Positions 53,050 to 64,000 of a DNA stretch of 64,000 nucleotides are shown piece after piece. The notes under the pieces are model-generated. The model was not told the origin of the DNA, did no database searches, and saw only the letters and a list, made by a program, of their open reading frames with translations. Location of the stretch: positions 170,502,001 through 170,566,000 of the forward strand of contig CM059425.1 in the NCBI GenBank assembly GCA_030390025.1, read 5' to 3'. Source of the DNA: Squalus acanthias (lineage: Eukaryota). Both the position numbers and the translations under genes were made by a program. Within the stretch, counting starts at the first letter, position 1; each line of letters starts with the position of its first letter.

Positions 53050-56000
53050 TCACTTAAGTAAAAATAATTCAACAAATCTAAAACTACCAGACTGTAAAAC
53101 ACACCTAAAATACATTAAAACTCTGTACATACGCCGCCCATCTCCGGATGGCCAGGTCAATCCCTGTATGGCCTCTGCCTTGGGCAGCTTCTGAGCAGCC
53201 TGTACGCCTGGGCGTAAGGTGGCCTGTACCGCAGGACCCTGAGAGTCCTTCTTAGAACAACTGAGGGTTTCCCTGAATCCCTGATAATCCGGGGAGTGTC
53301 CCCTCCTGTCTACCCCCTTTGGTGTGGCTGTTGAGTCCCTGTCCTGTCCTGTGGGTTCCTCACAGCCTGAGGCTGCAGGCTGGGGATCCCTAACTTTTGA
53401 ACGCTCCCTGGCCTTGGGCACTCCTTTTTGGGTTGCAGCCCCTCTTGGGCTGACCCATTGATGTACCGGTGACCAGGGCAGTTTAGGCTGTGGTGTGCGA
53501 GGAGACCTTCTCAGGACTCTGGCCACTGGGGGTGTGCCTGAGTCCCACATAATCGGTGGAGTGTACCCTCCTGTGATACAAGCCACTGTCCCCACCGCTG
53601 CAGTCTGTGAGTCTGCCACAGCTGCTGGCTGGGGATTTCTAACTTTGGGGCGGTCCACCTTTGCTGACTGTTCCCTTTTCTCGGGTTTAAACAGCTTGCA
53701 TTGGTTGATGTGGAACCACTTTGTACGGCAGGGTATCTTTATGGCATAGACCATGGGGCTTGCCTTGTCCACAATGTGGTAGGGCCCCATGTACAGTGGT
53801 TCGAAACTCCCCACCCGGGCAAAATTCCTAACGATGACCTGGTCTCCTATCTCCCACTCGTGGTGCTTGCGGGGTTTCAGCAGCAATCGGTTACTCCGAT
53901 GCTGTTTTCCCATGTTGCTCGCAGCCTGCCAGTGGACCTGTTTAAGGTGGTCCAACAGATTCCTGACGAATCTGTCCCGGCTCACCTCACTGAGCTGCCC
54001 TTCCGTGAGCACCGGGGCTAGCACATGGGTGGGGGTCCGCATAACCCTACCAGTCATGAGCTGGTGTGGGGAATACACCGTGCTTTTTGACTGGCTGGCT
54101 CGGATCCCCATTAAGATCAACGGTAAGAGTTCTACCCACCTTTTGGGTGAGTCTCCCGTTTCCTTCCGTAGCCTTTCCTTAATGGTACGGTTTAAACGCT
54201 CCACAGGACCCAATGACTGCGGGTTGTGGGCGAAGTGCCATTTCCCCTCTAAGCCGAGCACCCTGAGGGTCTCTTGCATAACCTGCCCAGTAAAATGACT
54301 CCCCTGGTCGGACTCCACATACTGTGGTAGACCCCACCGTGAGAACACTTCCCTGACTAGGATCCTAGCTGTACCCAATGTGGTAGCCGTACGGCATGGG
54401 AATGCTTCTACCCACTTTGAGAACACATCCACCAGGACTAGGCAGTACTTAAAACCTCCCTGGGCGGTGGGTAGGGGCCCGATGTAGTCGACCTGGATCG
54501 ACTGCCATGGTCCCTCTACCCTCCTGATGTGTCCCATGGACACCTTCCTTTTCTGGGGGTCTGGGTTGTTAGCAGCACACACTAGGCAGCCGGCACAAAA
54601 CTCGCTGACATCTTCCCTGAGTCCAGGCCACCATCCTGTCTGTTCCACCCATTGCCAGGTGGTCTCAGGTCCGGGATGCCCCGCTCCTGGACCCTCATGG
54701 GCCAGTTGGAGGAATTCCCTTCGGTGCTGCTGCGGCACTACCCACTGCTCCCCCCTGAACAGCATGCCTTCCTTTACGGTGATGGCTGCTGCGCCGTACG
54801 GGCCCTCTACTTTCTCCCCTTTTTCAAGCCTGTTCAGGACAGTCTTGAGGACTGTGTCCTGGGCTTGGGCCTGTTTTAAGTCCGGGGCCAAAGCTACACC
54901 CTGTGTGCTTCCCCTGGCCCGGACTGCTGCTACTGGACCCGCTTGGTACGGGTCCCAGAATACCCCTTCTCTGGCCCCCTGTTTGGCCAGCCCGTCTGAC
55001 TTGTGGTTATTTTCCCACTTGGGCTCCTTTTTAGAGTGGGCCTTTACCTTATGGATAAAGACCTTCCCTTCCTCCCCCACTGCTGCCATGATTTTCTCCA
55101 ACAGGGGCTTTATGGTGAGGGGTCTCCCATCAGCGGAGGTGTATCCGCGACGGGACCAGATGGCCAGGTACTCCGTACACGAATTGCATGTGAACATGCT
55201 GTCCGAGCAAATCGTGTATGGGGTAGGGAACTTCTCGGAGTGTGTAACCACATACACCACTGGAGTTCAGCCTGCTGGGCGCTCATAGTGCTGGGGAGTT
55301 TAATGGCCAAGGCAATGTCCGCCTCTGGGTCATAAACTCCACACCCTGTGAGTCGTTCTCCAGCAGATACTGTGCTCGAACCGTCCACGTAGATTTCGCG
55401 GCCTGTGGGGTGTATCCCGGCCCGAAAACCTATGTTGACATCCCATACCCCTTCAATGGAACACCGGTGGGCGTTCCCTGGGTAAATCAGGTTGGCTGCG
55501 AGCCTCGGCTCGCAGAGCCCTTTTACCCTTAGGTCCATCTGGGAGAGAAGTAGGGTCCGGCGGGCAATGTGGGCACTGCTCACTGTCCCATCTTTGATTC
55601 TCCCATCTAGGAGCATCTGGGTGGGCGTGTGATGGGTGAGCAGGGTGATGGGAGATGTGCCTGTGAAGATCAATGATCTTTTCACAGCCCAGTGAGTGGC
55701 GAGGAGGTGCCTCTCACAGTTGGAGTAGCCCTTCTCCACATCGGTGAGTATCCTGGAGGAGTAGCCCACTGGTCTCAGCCTGTCGTGCCTCTCTTGGAGC
55801 AACACAGCACTCAGACTGTCCCTGCTGGCTGCCACCTCCAGGAAAAACTCTTTCTCCCCATCAATAGCCCCTAGAGCTGGTGCAGTCTGCAGATCCTTCT
55901 TGAGCTTTACAAATGTTGCCTCGCAACCCTCGTCCCAAGCCCACTCTACACCCTTGTGTAGGAGTCAGAGTAGAGGGGCTGCTGTGACTGCATAATCCTC

Positions 56001-57299
56001 AATAAAATCTCTGCAGTACCCAGTCAGTCCTAGAAAAGATTTTACCCCTGTGACTGTGTTGGGGGCTGGTAACTCCTGCACTGCTTCCCTCCTGGCTCTG
56101 TCAATGGCCCTTTCCCCTGCGCGCACAGTTAGCCCTAGGAATTTTACTTCCTGTTGGCCGATCTGTACCTTCTTCGGGTTTACCTTAAAGCCTTCTTGTC
56201 TGAGCAGCTCCAGCAGTTCAGCCAGCAGTGGACCGTGTTCCTCTCCTTCATTAGTGAACAGGAGCAGGTCGTCCACATACTGTACCAACTGCCGGGGCCG
56301 GCTAAAACCCTTCAGACAATTAGCCATGCATTGGTGAAAAATGCTGAGTCTATTGTGGAAACCCTGGGGTAGGCAGTTCCAGGTGTACTGTTGGCCTTTA
56401 AACGTGAAGGCAAACTTGTACTGGTCCTCACTTCTTAAAGGGATGGACCAAAACCTGTTGGAAATGTCCAACACTGTGAAGGTCGGCAACGGCTGCGACC
56501 GTGGGTGCACAGGCGGGGATGTTACGGTTGAGTACCCGATAGTCCACTGTGGCCCTCCAGGAGTTGTCCGTTTTCTAACCGGCCACAGTGGGGAGTTTAC
56601 ATGGGTGGCTATCGGTCTCAGCACCCCCTGCTTTACTAAGGAAGCCATGGCTGCTTCCGCCTCCCTGGGGAAGTTATACTGCTTCTGTGGTCGGGTCATG
56701 GGGTCTCCACTGACACTAACCGCAACCCCATTGACCCACCCACAGTCGTGCTTGTGAGTGGCAAATGCTGCGAGGTGTGCTCGCACAAATGCCTGGTATG
56801 CCATCGGAGTGTTACTGACCATTTGTTCGAGGTCGTAACCTTCCTTTGGTTTTAGGGTACACAAGGTCCCCTTGCCCTGTTTCCGTGGGATGACTGCCAC
56901 TTCACTCTCTCTACCCACACATGCTCCCCACAGACAGTGGCTCCTCAGATCCACTAAAATCCTGTGGCCTGTGATAAAGTCGACCCCCAGGATCCCCGTC
57001 CCCTCTTTCTCCCATTTCATCAGGACACAGGTCCACTTGGTGTGGAGTGTTCCTAACTGAATGGACAGCGGGATGGAGAACGAGCCAGCCTGCTCGTTAC
57101 CTGTGAATCCCACTAAACTGTACGGGACCCCGTTAGACAGAGGTGAGGCTGTGGGATTCTCTGAATAGACTATGGTGCTGGAGGCTCCAGTATCTAACAG
57201 ATAAGTCCCTTTCACCTTTTCCACCTCCATCTTAACAAGTGGCCTCTTCCAAGCGTCGTACTCCAGGGGACACAGGTAGACAGGCTGCGCTGGCTCGAG
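53050..57299 (-). pseudogene. pol: pol: protease, RT, tether, RNase H, integrase (several lesions)
   Basis: Protease LLDTGAS. RT LDISN, LPQGF and YVDD. Tether RPVGYSS..ERHLLA. RNase H IYVDGS, SAQQAEL, SDS and KVKAH. Integrase HHCC, VDYIGP, SDQGSHF, VERLN and GPY. Confidence 0.92.
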
Positions 57300-59117
57300 T
57301 CATAAGTCTGTGTTTGGTGGGGCAGATGGGGTTACTGTCCCAGTGGCTGTGGCTACCTTTCCTGGGCCAGTTAACAAGGCTCGAATTGCTTCTACGACCG
57401 AGTCTAACGTGTGGGGAGAGGTCGGGGGTTCTACTTTTGGGGCAGGGGCTGGGGAGTTCTTTCCTAGGTTATTCTTCCACAGATTCCTACAGTCCTCCAA
57501 TGCCCACTCTTCCCACACCCGAAGCAGTTACGCTTCGTGTCGGAAGGGTTACCCCCTTCCTGGTGCCACTGTTTCTTACCCTGGCTGGGTTTTATCTCAT
57601 GCACCTTCCCCTTGGGTGGATGCTCCTCTGTCCCTCTACTGTTCCGGTAAGCTAGGGTTAGTTGTCTGACCACTGTCTCTTCGGTGCCCCGGGGGTCCCT
57701 TGGGTCAAACCACAGCTCAGCCTTGGCTCTGATCCATGGCAAGCTGTTTGCCACTAGACTTCGGAGCCAGTGGGCCAGCTCATCCTGATTCAGGTGAGCC
57801 CTGTCGAGAGCTCCATTACAGGCACTCCTGTACACAGGCCACAGTCGGTCTTCGAAAGCCTGTGGGGTCTCCCCTACTAGCTGTGTAGTCTTCTCCACCC
57901 GGGAGAAAGGACTACCATCGTTCATACCCATGGCCTCCAGAACTCCCTCTCTGATGGCAGCATATCCACCCTGTCCCCTCTTACTCTCTGCGGAGAGGGT
58001 CTGGTAGATTTTGCTGTCCAGTGAGAACAGGAGCATTTTGACCATCTCGGCATCATCACAGTCATTGATGCCCGCAGTCTGTTCCACTTCCATGAAGTGG
58101 ACTGAGGTGTCCCCCTTTTGGGTGAGCTTGCCCAGGTGACTTATCATAGCCCTAAGCTGTTGGGTACTGTGGGGAGCCACGAATTGGCTTTCAAGGGGTC
58201 CTTGACCCCCACCACCGCCGGGTGGGCCAAACTTTTGCTGCCGGACCGTGCGCATCGGACCCGGCTCAGACCTCTCCTGCATTGGTTCGCCCACCTCTGC
58301 CTGCTGCCAAACCGAGTTAAAACCCGACGCCACAGGTGGTGGTGTGCACGCCCTGCCAGCCTCACAAATCGCCCTTCCCTCCTGCTGCCCAACCGGGTCG
58401 TTCCCCGGCGCCACAGGTGGCGTCCGAACAGTCTCCCACTGCACTTCCAGGTCCACCCGGGCTGTACCCGGGCTTAACAGGCATACCATGCCTTTGGCTC
58501 TGGACAGTGCAAGGTTCAAACTTTCTATTTGTTTCTGGCAGGGGCTGTGCTCTCCCGCTTCATACCCCCTTGTGCTTGCTACCTTGTAAGCAGCCTGGAC
58601 ATCTCTTAACCTCTCCTCTAGTTCCTTTACTTGCTTGGCAAGGCAGGTGTTCTCTTCCCTCAACACTAGTTCACTGGTTTTTGCTTCGGTGACCTGACAC
58701 TGAAAGTACTCTTGACTGCTCCTGTGCGTTTCCACTAACTGCATCCTTTCCTGATCTCGGGCTGTTAGCTCATTCAGTAATGTTTCCCCTGCTAGGGCCC
58801 TTGCCTGAGACAGCTGAGCAGACTCCTGCAGTTCTGCTTTGAGTGTCTCAACACGTTTGTCTAACAGTTGTATCTGTTTCTGGGAGCAGATCAACCAGAT
58901 GGCTTTCTCCACAGATTTCTTGTGGTCTTTGCTCTCAGTCCACTTAGCTGCAGCGTCTATTGGATGTTCAGTACATAGCAGACTGAGTACCCACTTCTTG
59001 GTTATGTTCACCTTTTTGAACACATAGGAGGAAATCTTTTCCTCCATCTTGGTTCTCTTTTCAAACACATTGTCCACCACATCACATCCCTTTTGCCAAG
59101 GTCCTGCCGCGGTCACC
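57300..59117 (-). pseudogene. gag: gag, with a 1-nt frameshift in the zinc knuckle; start codon uncertain
   Basis: Long ORF after the PBS with a coiled coil, capsid-like QLVGETPQAFEDRL, a CFGCGKSGHW..DC knuckle and a C-terminal PSAP. Confidence 0.85.
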
Positions 59118-59118
59118 A
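59101..59118 (-). promoter_or_regulatory. Primer-binding site, probably tRNA-Arg(UCG)
   Basis: TGGTGACCGCGGCAGGAC, 3 nt from the 5' LTR. It is 17/18 complementary to the vertebrate tRNA-Arg(TCG) 3' end as I recall it. Confidence 0.75.
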
Positions 59119-59121
59119 TTC

Positions 59122-60578
59122 TGTAGGGGGTGGTGGTTTGTGTCAGCTTCACCTCTTACTTCTGAGCGGTTCGAATCGCTCCCACTCCCTTGGTTCTAGA
59201 CCTTGGACTTATTTGGGGGTTGTGATAAAAGGTGCAGCAGACAACTGAGTTTGATGAAAGAACTTCAATCTTTATTAAAAGTTAAAACACAATAATAACA
59301 CTCTTAACACTCTAAAGGTGGGGTACACTTCGGTACAAGCGGGGGAAATGACAGTAGAACAATACTTCACCCCTCCCAACCCCACTTTACGAGCTAAGTT
59401 AGGCTTTGAAGGACCAGGGATAATGCTCACCAATCCTTTGACAATAGGGCTAAATCGCGGTTTTGGGGTTCGTTGTTTATGTCGGTTAGTGTCTGCCATA
59501 CCCCATATGCGGTAGAGGACTTCACCTGCGTATCTGGTCAGTCTTCGCGAGTCCGCTGATGCGGTAGGATGTTGGTTTGGATTTATCTGGTGAGTACCCA
59601 ATTTCTTTTGGTTAGCAATAGGGTTTAGAGTCTTTGGGAAAATCTTACCCAGGGGTAAGTCAGGAGTAGATTGTAGAGTGGAAACTTTGCGGTTCTTCGG
59701 GTTTTCTTCCCTTGAGTTGGTCTTTGTTGGTCGCGGTGGCCTGCTGTTACCCGATCAGTTGGGGGTAATATGCGGTTGTTGGTTTCGTGAGGCCTTTGGT
59801 TTCCGCGATGGTTTTAGGCCTTGTCTAGTGTGTCGGTCGACCTCGTGGAGCCGTCGGTGGCTTTTCGGCTTGTTGCTCCGGGTGACTGTGTTGGGACCGT
59901 TGTTGGAGGTCCGTCGAGGTGGCATCTTCATGAGCTGGACTCAGGTGTGTCTGAATGGTGAGCGATGCCAACTCGCTTCCAGCTCGACTTGGGTCTGTGA
60001 TGTTGCTCCTTGTCTCCACACTCGACTGTATGTGTGATGCTGATGACCCGCTTGTCTTGACTGTCGATCCGCTTAACAGGCCTTCAATTATACCAAATTG
60101 AAGTGGCCTTATCTGTCCGCCAAATCTGCTCAGTTCATTGTCTGGTTTTGGCGAGCTCGTTAACGGTAACGACTTTACTAGCGTGTTAACTGGTTTTGAA
60201 CAGGCCTTCAATCTCACCCATTGAACATGGCCTTATCTGTGCACCAAATCTTGTCGGTTTTGATGGGGCCTGTATTTTGGGTGGGACTGCTCTTTCCCTG
60301 GGTCTATTGTTCAAATGTTAATGTCTGCTGGGGCTTGAGTGAGGTCATCCCGGTTCCCCAGACAGTGTAATTAACTCCAATATCCAAAACTGCTTTTACA
60401 GAGGTCGAACCCACCTCCTTGTCCCTTTACAGGCCCAGACATGTTTTAAAAATGCAAAAACTTGGTTTTTGGTCTTAAATTCCTTAGGTTAGGCCCAACT
60501 GCATTTCACCACTCTGTAATTGTTCCAAAGTCCTTTTTCCTTAGGTTTTGGGGATCTGTACATTTTGGAAACCTTACA
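59122..60578 (-). repeat. 5' LTR (1457 bp)
   Basis: Direct repeat of 48865-50322. Confidence 0.95.
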
Positions 60579-61970
60579 TGATGAGGAGGTCAGCAGCAGG
60601 GATGTGGTCAGGAGGATCTGGATACAGTGCAGGAAGCGCTTCAATGATCTCATGAGATCAGGAAAGGTGAGTGCAATGCCACACTCACCCTCGTCCTGAA
60701 GTGCCTGTCAACACATCCCCATCATTCTGCCTTCCCAAGCCTACTCCTGCACATCATTCCTTACACTAACATACCTTGCATGTCCACCCATCCCTTTCTC
60801 TCTATGTACATACTCACATCCCCATCTGACTAACCACCCCTCACACTCGCCCTCATCCTAATGCAATCATAGCAAGTAACACCACAGAAGGAGGCCATTT
60901 GGCATTGTCACCCCATTCCCTCATAGGTCACCCTCTACAGATGTAACCCATCCATTCCTTACACTCATTCCATCACTCTCACTCAAACTTCTCTTCTTTC
61001 CCTCCTTGCAGGAGAAGAGAGCCCACAACAAGAGGGAGATATAGAGAACTGAAGGTGGCCCTCCAGTAATTGCACACCTCACAGCAGCAAAGGAGGCGGC
61101 TCTGGAAATTTCAGGAGCTCCAACGACACTGATGGTGGGAGACGGAGAGATGGGGACATCCCAGCAACCTGGTGACAGAATCACATCCTATAAAGCCACA
61201 TGGCATACAACAGTCACCCATATGGTTACACATGTCAGCAGCCAGTGAAATGTCATCATGTGCATAATGGTAACGTTACCCATTCTTATTATAACACATC
61301 TAATTACTCTCCCACAGGTCCATCAACTGCTCCCTCCCCACCCGCCCCCCCCCCCACCCCCCCAATGTCCAGCCAGAGGAGGAAGACAACTCCTCAGAGG
61401 AACCTCCAGGTGAGAAGGGACTTGGAAGTGGGAGCTCTTCTCAAAGCGCTCCCACTTCTCCCCCGTTGCTTCCCCCTCAGTCAGAGCCCCAGATGCTTCC
61501 TCAGATCCCGATGGCCAAGTCAGACCCTGCACAGTCGCAGGAGGAGCAGACTTTGGCGGGGCTCTCACAGGCTCCAAAACCCAGAGGACATCTGCCAAAA
61601 GTGTCTACGCAGTCGCAGCAGGGAAGTAAGCAGCCTGCAACTGCCTCTGCTGAAGCCACAGGGGTTGCACCTCGTAGAAGCATTCACGAACGAAAAATGG
61701 CACACAAGTAGATGCACAAGGGTAAGCACTTGGGTGTATCAACAAATGTTAGTGTTAATTTTCAGTTGTTTTGATTGTCCATTTTTACCTCAAACCTTGG
61801 AAATGACTTTGTCACTTGGAGTGAATGGTGACACATTATTTAACCTCGAGCATTGGGCCTTTGGGTGAGAGCAATAGCTTGGTCATTGTAGGGATACTTT
61901 ATGGCATTGTTCAGAGCAGTGGGGAAAATTGCTACAGCATGTGGCAGGCACGTGGCTGCATTGGAGCATG

Positions 61971-63137
61971 TTAAGTAAATCTGGCCATGATGAGGCCATC
62001 CCAGACCTCCCGGGCAGCAATGTGCGCCGCTGCTGGTGGCAACTGCATCTCAGCTTCCTCCTCCTCCTCCTCCTTGTCTTCCACCTACTCCTCCTCTGAA
62101 GAGGCTGTGTGCTATACGCTTTGCTCCTCCTGCAGCTCCAATCCTCGCTGCTGCTCTATGTTGTGCAGGGTGCAGCAGATGACTATGATTCTGGATACCC
62201 TGGCTGGTGCGTAATGAAGGGCTCCTCCAGACTTGTAAAGGCATCTGAAGCGCATCTTCAGCATGCCTATTGCTTGTTCTGTGACACACCTGGTGGAAAT
62301 GTAGCTACCATTATAATGCTCCTGGGCCTCAGTACTTGGCCTCCTCAGGGGTGTCATGAGCCACGTCTTCAATGGATAGCCCTTGTCTCCAAGTAGCCAG
62401 CCGGTAAGTCTGTTTGGAGGGGCGAAGAACTTCGGGAAGGTGGACTGGTGCAGCACAAAAGAGTCATGACAGCTGCCAGGGAATCTGGCGCACACCTGCA
62501 TAATCATCTTTTTATGGTTGCGGACGAGCTGCACATTGAGGGAGTGGAAGCCGTTCTGGTCACAAACACTCCTGGGTGATGTGGGGGTGCCTTCATGGCC
62601 ACATGTGTGCAGTCGATGACACCCTGCACCTGTGGGAAGTCAGCCAGAGCTGCAAAGCCAAGCGCCCGCTCAGAAACACTGGCTTCATCAGTGGCAAAGT
62701 TGATATAATTGGCTGACTTGTGAAACATGGCATCGGTCACCTGGGTGATGCATTTGCGGGCAGCCGACTGCAAGATGCCGCAAATGTCTGTTGCAGATCC
62801 CTGGAAGAAGCCTGAGGTGAAGTTGAGGGCGGTGGTGACTTTGTAAACCAGAACCTCTGGGCAGCAGGTCTTGTTCCAGCAAGCTACAAATGTCTGCGAC
62901 GACCAGGCGCGATAGCCTGAGCCTCCTGAAGCACTGCTGCTCAGTCATGTTGAGGAAGCTCATCCTCTGCCTGTATACCCTGTGTTAGGGGTATCGCTTC
63001 CGGCATGCTGAAGCCCTGTGCTGCACCCCCACCACCCCCACCCCCCTCCTCTCCTGTGGAGCATCAGGTCATTGAGGAGAAGGCTCATCTTGGACCGATT
63101 CTGAGGACCAAGGTGAGACAGTATAAGCGGCACCCAT
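61971..63137 (-). pseudogene. Harbinger (HARBI1-like) DDE transposase, frameshifted
   Basis: [54 protein letters not shown] and CCTLHN. Confidence 0.92.
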
Positions 63138-63358
63138 GCTGATGTCATGGATGGCAGGTCAAATAGCGATCAGAGGTCCATTCCCTCAATGTTGTGATAA
63201 TGTGGTGAGAGTGGCTTCCAAGGTTGCAGAAATTACCTGCAAACGCCAGAAAACGAAATCTGTCTCTCTCTTAGGCAGTCCCTCGGAACCAAGGATGACT
63301 TGCATCCACATTAAAAATGAGTTCTCAGGTGACTGATGAGTCCAATGCGGGACCTACA

Positions 63359-64000
63359 GGGGGAAAATTCAGTTGCTTTGCGCCTACCGTTTGTGCCCTA
63401 AGAGGGCTTAATGGGGCGCAAAGCAACTAGCGCCCGGGTGCGGCAATGTTTGCGCCGCTCGCGAAATTGACCAGACATTTTGCGGCAGCGCTAAACACTA
63501 CCGCCACGATCTCCTGCGCCCGCAGATCGTGACGTCAGTCGAGCGTGCAGCGCCCCGGACCGGATATTGAGTGGCGCCCCCTGCCTTACCGCCTGCCGCT
63601 AGCAACGACAGGTTGAGGAGAGCGTTTTGCAGTCGGGAAGAGACTGGGGGAGCGCTATTTAAAGGCAACTGCTTCCTGCCTTTTTTTGTCGGCGACATTT
63701 TGCACCAAGCATTCTGAGAGAGAGAGAGAGACTTCTGGAGAGATTCAATGCTGTGTGAAGGAGTTTTGGGTACTGAGCAGCACTTTGCAGTTTCATTTTG
63801 ATTTGACCTTGCATTGATTCAGAAGAGACTATGGGGGCTGCACCCTGAGCTCTTTCCCTGGGCCTCTCCATTGTTCTTTCCAGCAGATTTGATGTACAGG
63901 TCTGTCCAGGCCGAGATTCAAGGCTGCAATGAGCGGGGTGTGGATGGAGAGCAAGATTGACCCTCCCCTTTAAGGACTGGCCGGCGCCAGTGTGTCTGTG
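63359..64000. mobile_element. Harbinger-type MITE, reverse homolog of 25801-26583, truncated by the window edge
   Basis: gggggaaaattc terminus and shared gtgacgtcagtcgagcgtgca..gccccgg core. Confidence 0.7.

Larger units (their letters stand above)
48865..60578 (-). mobile_element. Full-length endogenous retrovirus-like provirus (lokiretrovirus-like): LTR-gag-pol-env-LTR
   Basis: Paired TG..CA LTRs, near-perfect TSD TGCT/TGAT, PBS, PPT, gag, pol with two RNase H-like domains, and env. Confidence 0.92.
48711..61711 (+). pseudogene. Harbinger Myb/SANT protein gene; exons ~48711-48864 + 60583-60666, 61012-61171 and 61318-61711
   Basis: AWLDIA|EEVSSRDVVRRIWIQCRKRFNDL joins across the provirus. 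Donor GTGAGT at 60667, acceptor ttgcAG at 61011. Exon 2 reads EKRAHNKRE..RTEGGPP....LT. Confidence 0.8.
48425..63260. mobile_element. Decayed autonomous PIF/Harbinger transposon, interrupted by the provirus; right end not located
   Basis: Left TIR-like ggccggaattttc. Convergent Myb/SANT gene (+) and HARBI1-like transposase (-). Confidence 0.8.

Overview
Repeat-dense eukaryotic (vertebrate) intergenic or intronic DNA with no host gene I can recognise. The repeat mix (CR1 and L2 LINEs, tRNA-derived SINEs, Penelope-like fragments, many Harbinger-type MITEs) suggests a cartilaginous fish; this is inference. There are three LTR elements: a Ty3/Gypsy element cut by the left window edge (1-4021, +), a complete Ty3/Gypsy element (16665-21020, -), and an 11.7-kb full-length endogenous retrovirus-like provirus (48865-60578, -). 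The provirus is the highlight. It has ~1.46-kb LTRs, a tRNA-Arg PBS, a coiled-coil Gag separated from pol by one in-frame UGA, a tether plus second RNase H as in vertebrate retroviruses, and a separate, probably spliced env. That env resembles Mononegavirales F-type fusion proteins (lokiretrovirus-like) and appears to carry an N-terminal immunoglobulin-like domain. The provirus sits inside the Myb/SANT gene of a decayed Harbinger transposon. All family assignments come from motif recognition by eye, not database searches.
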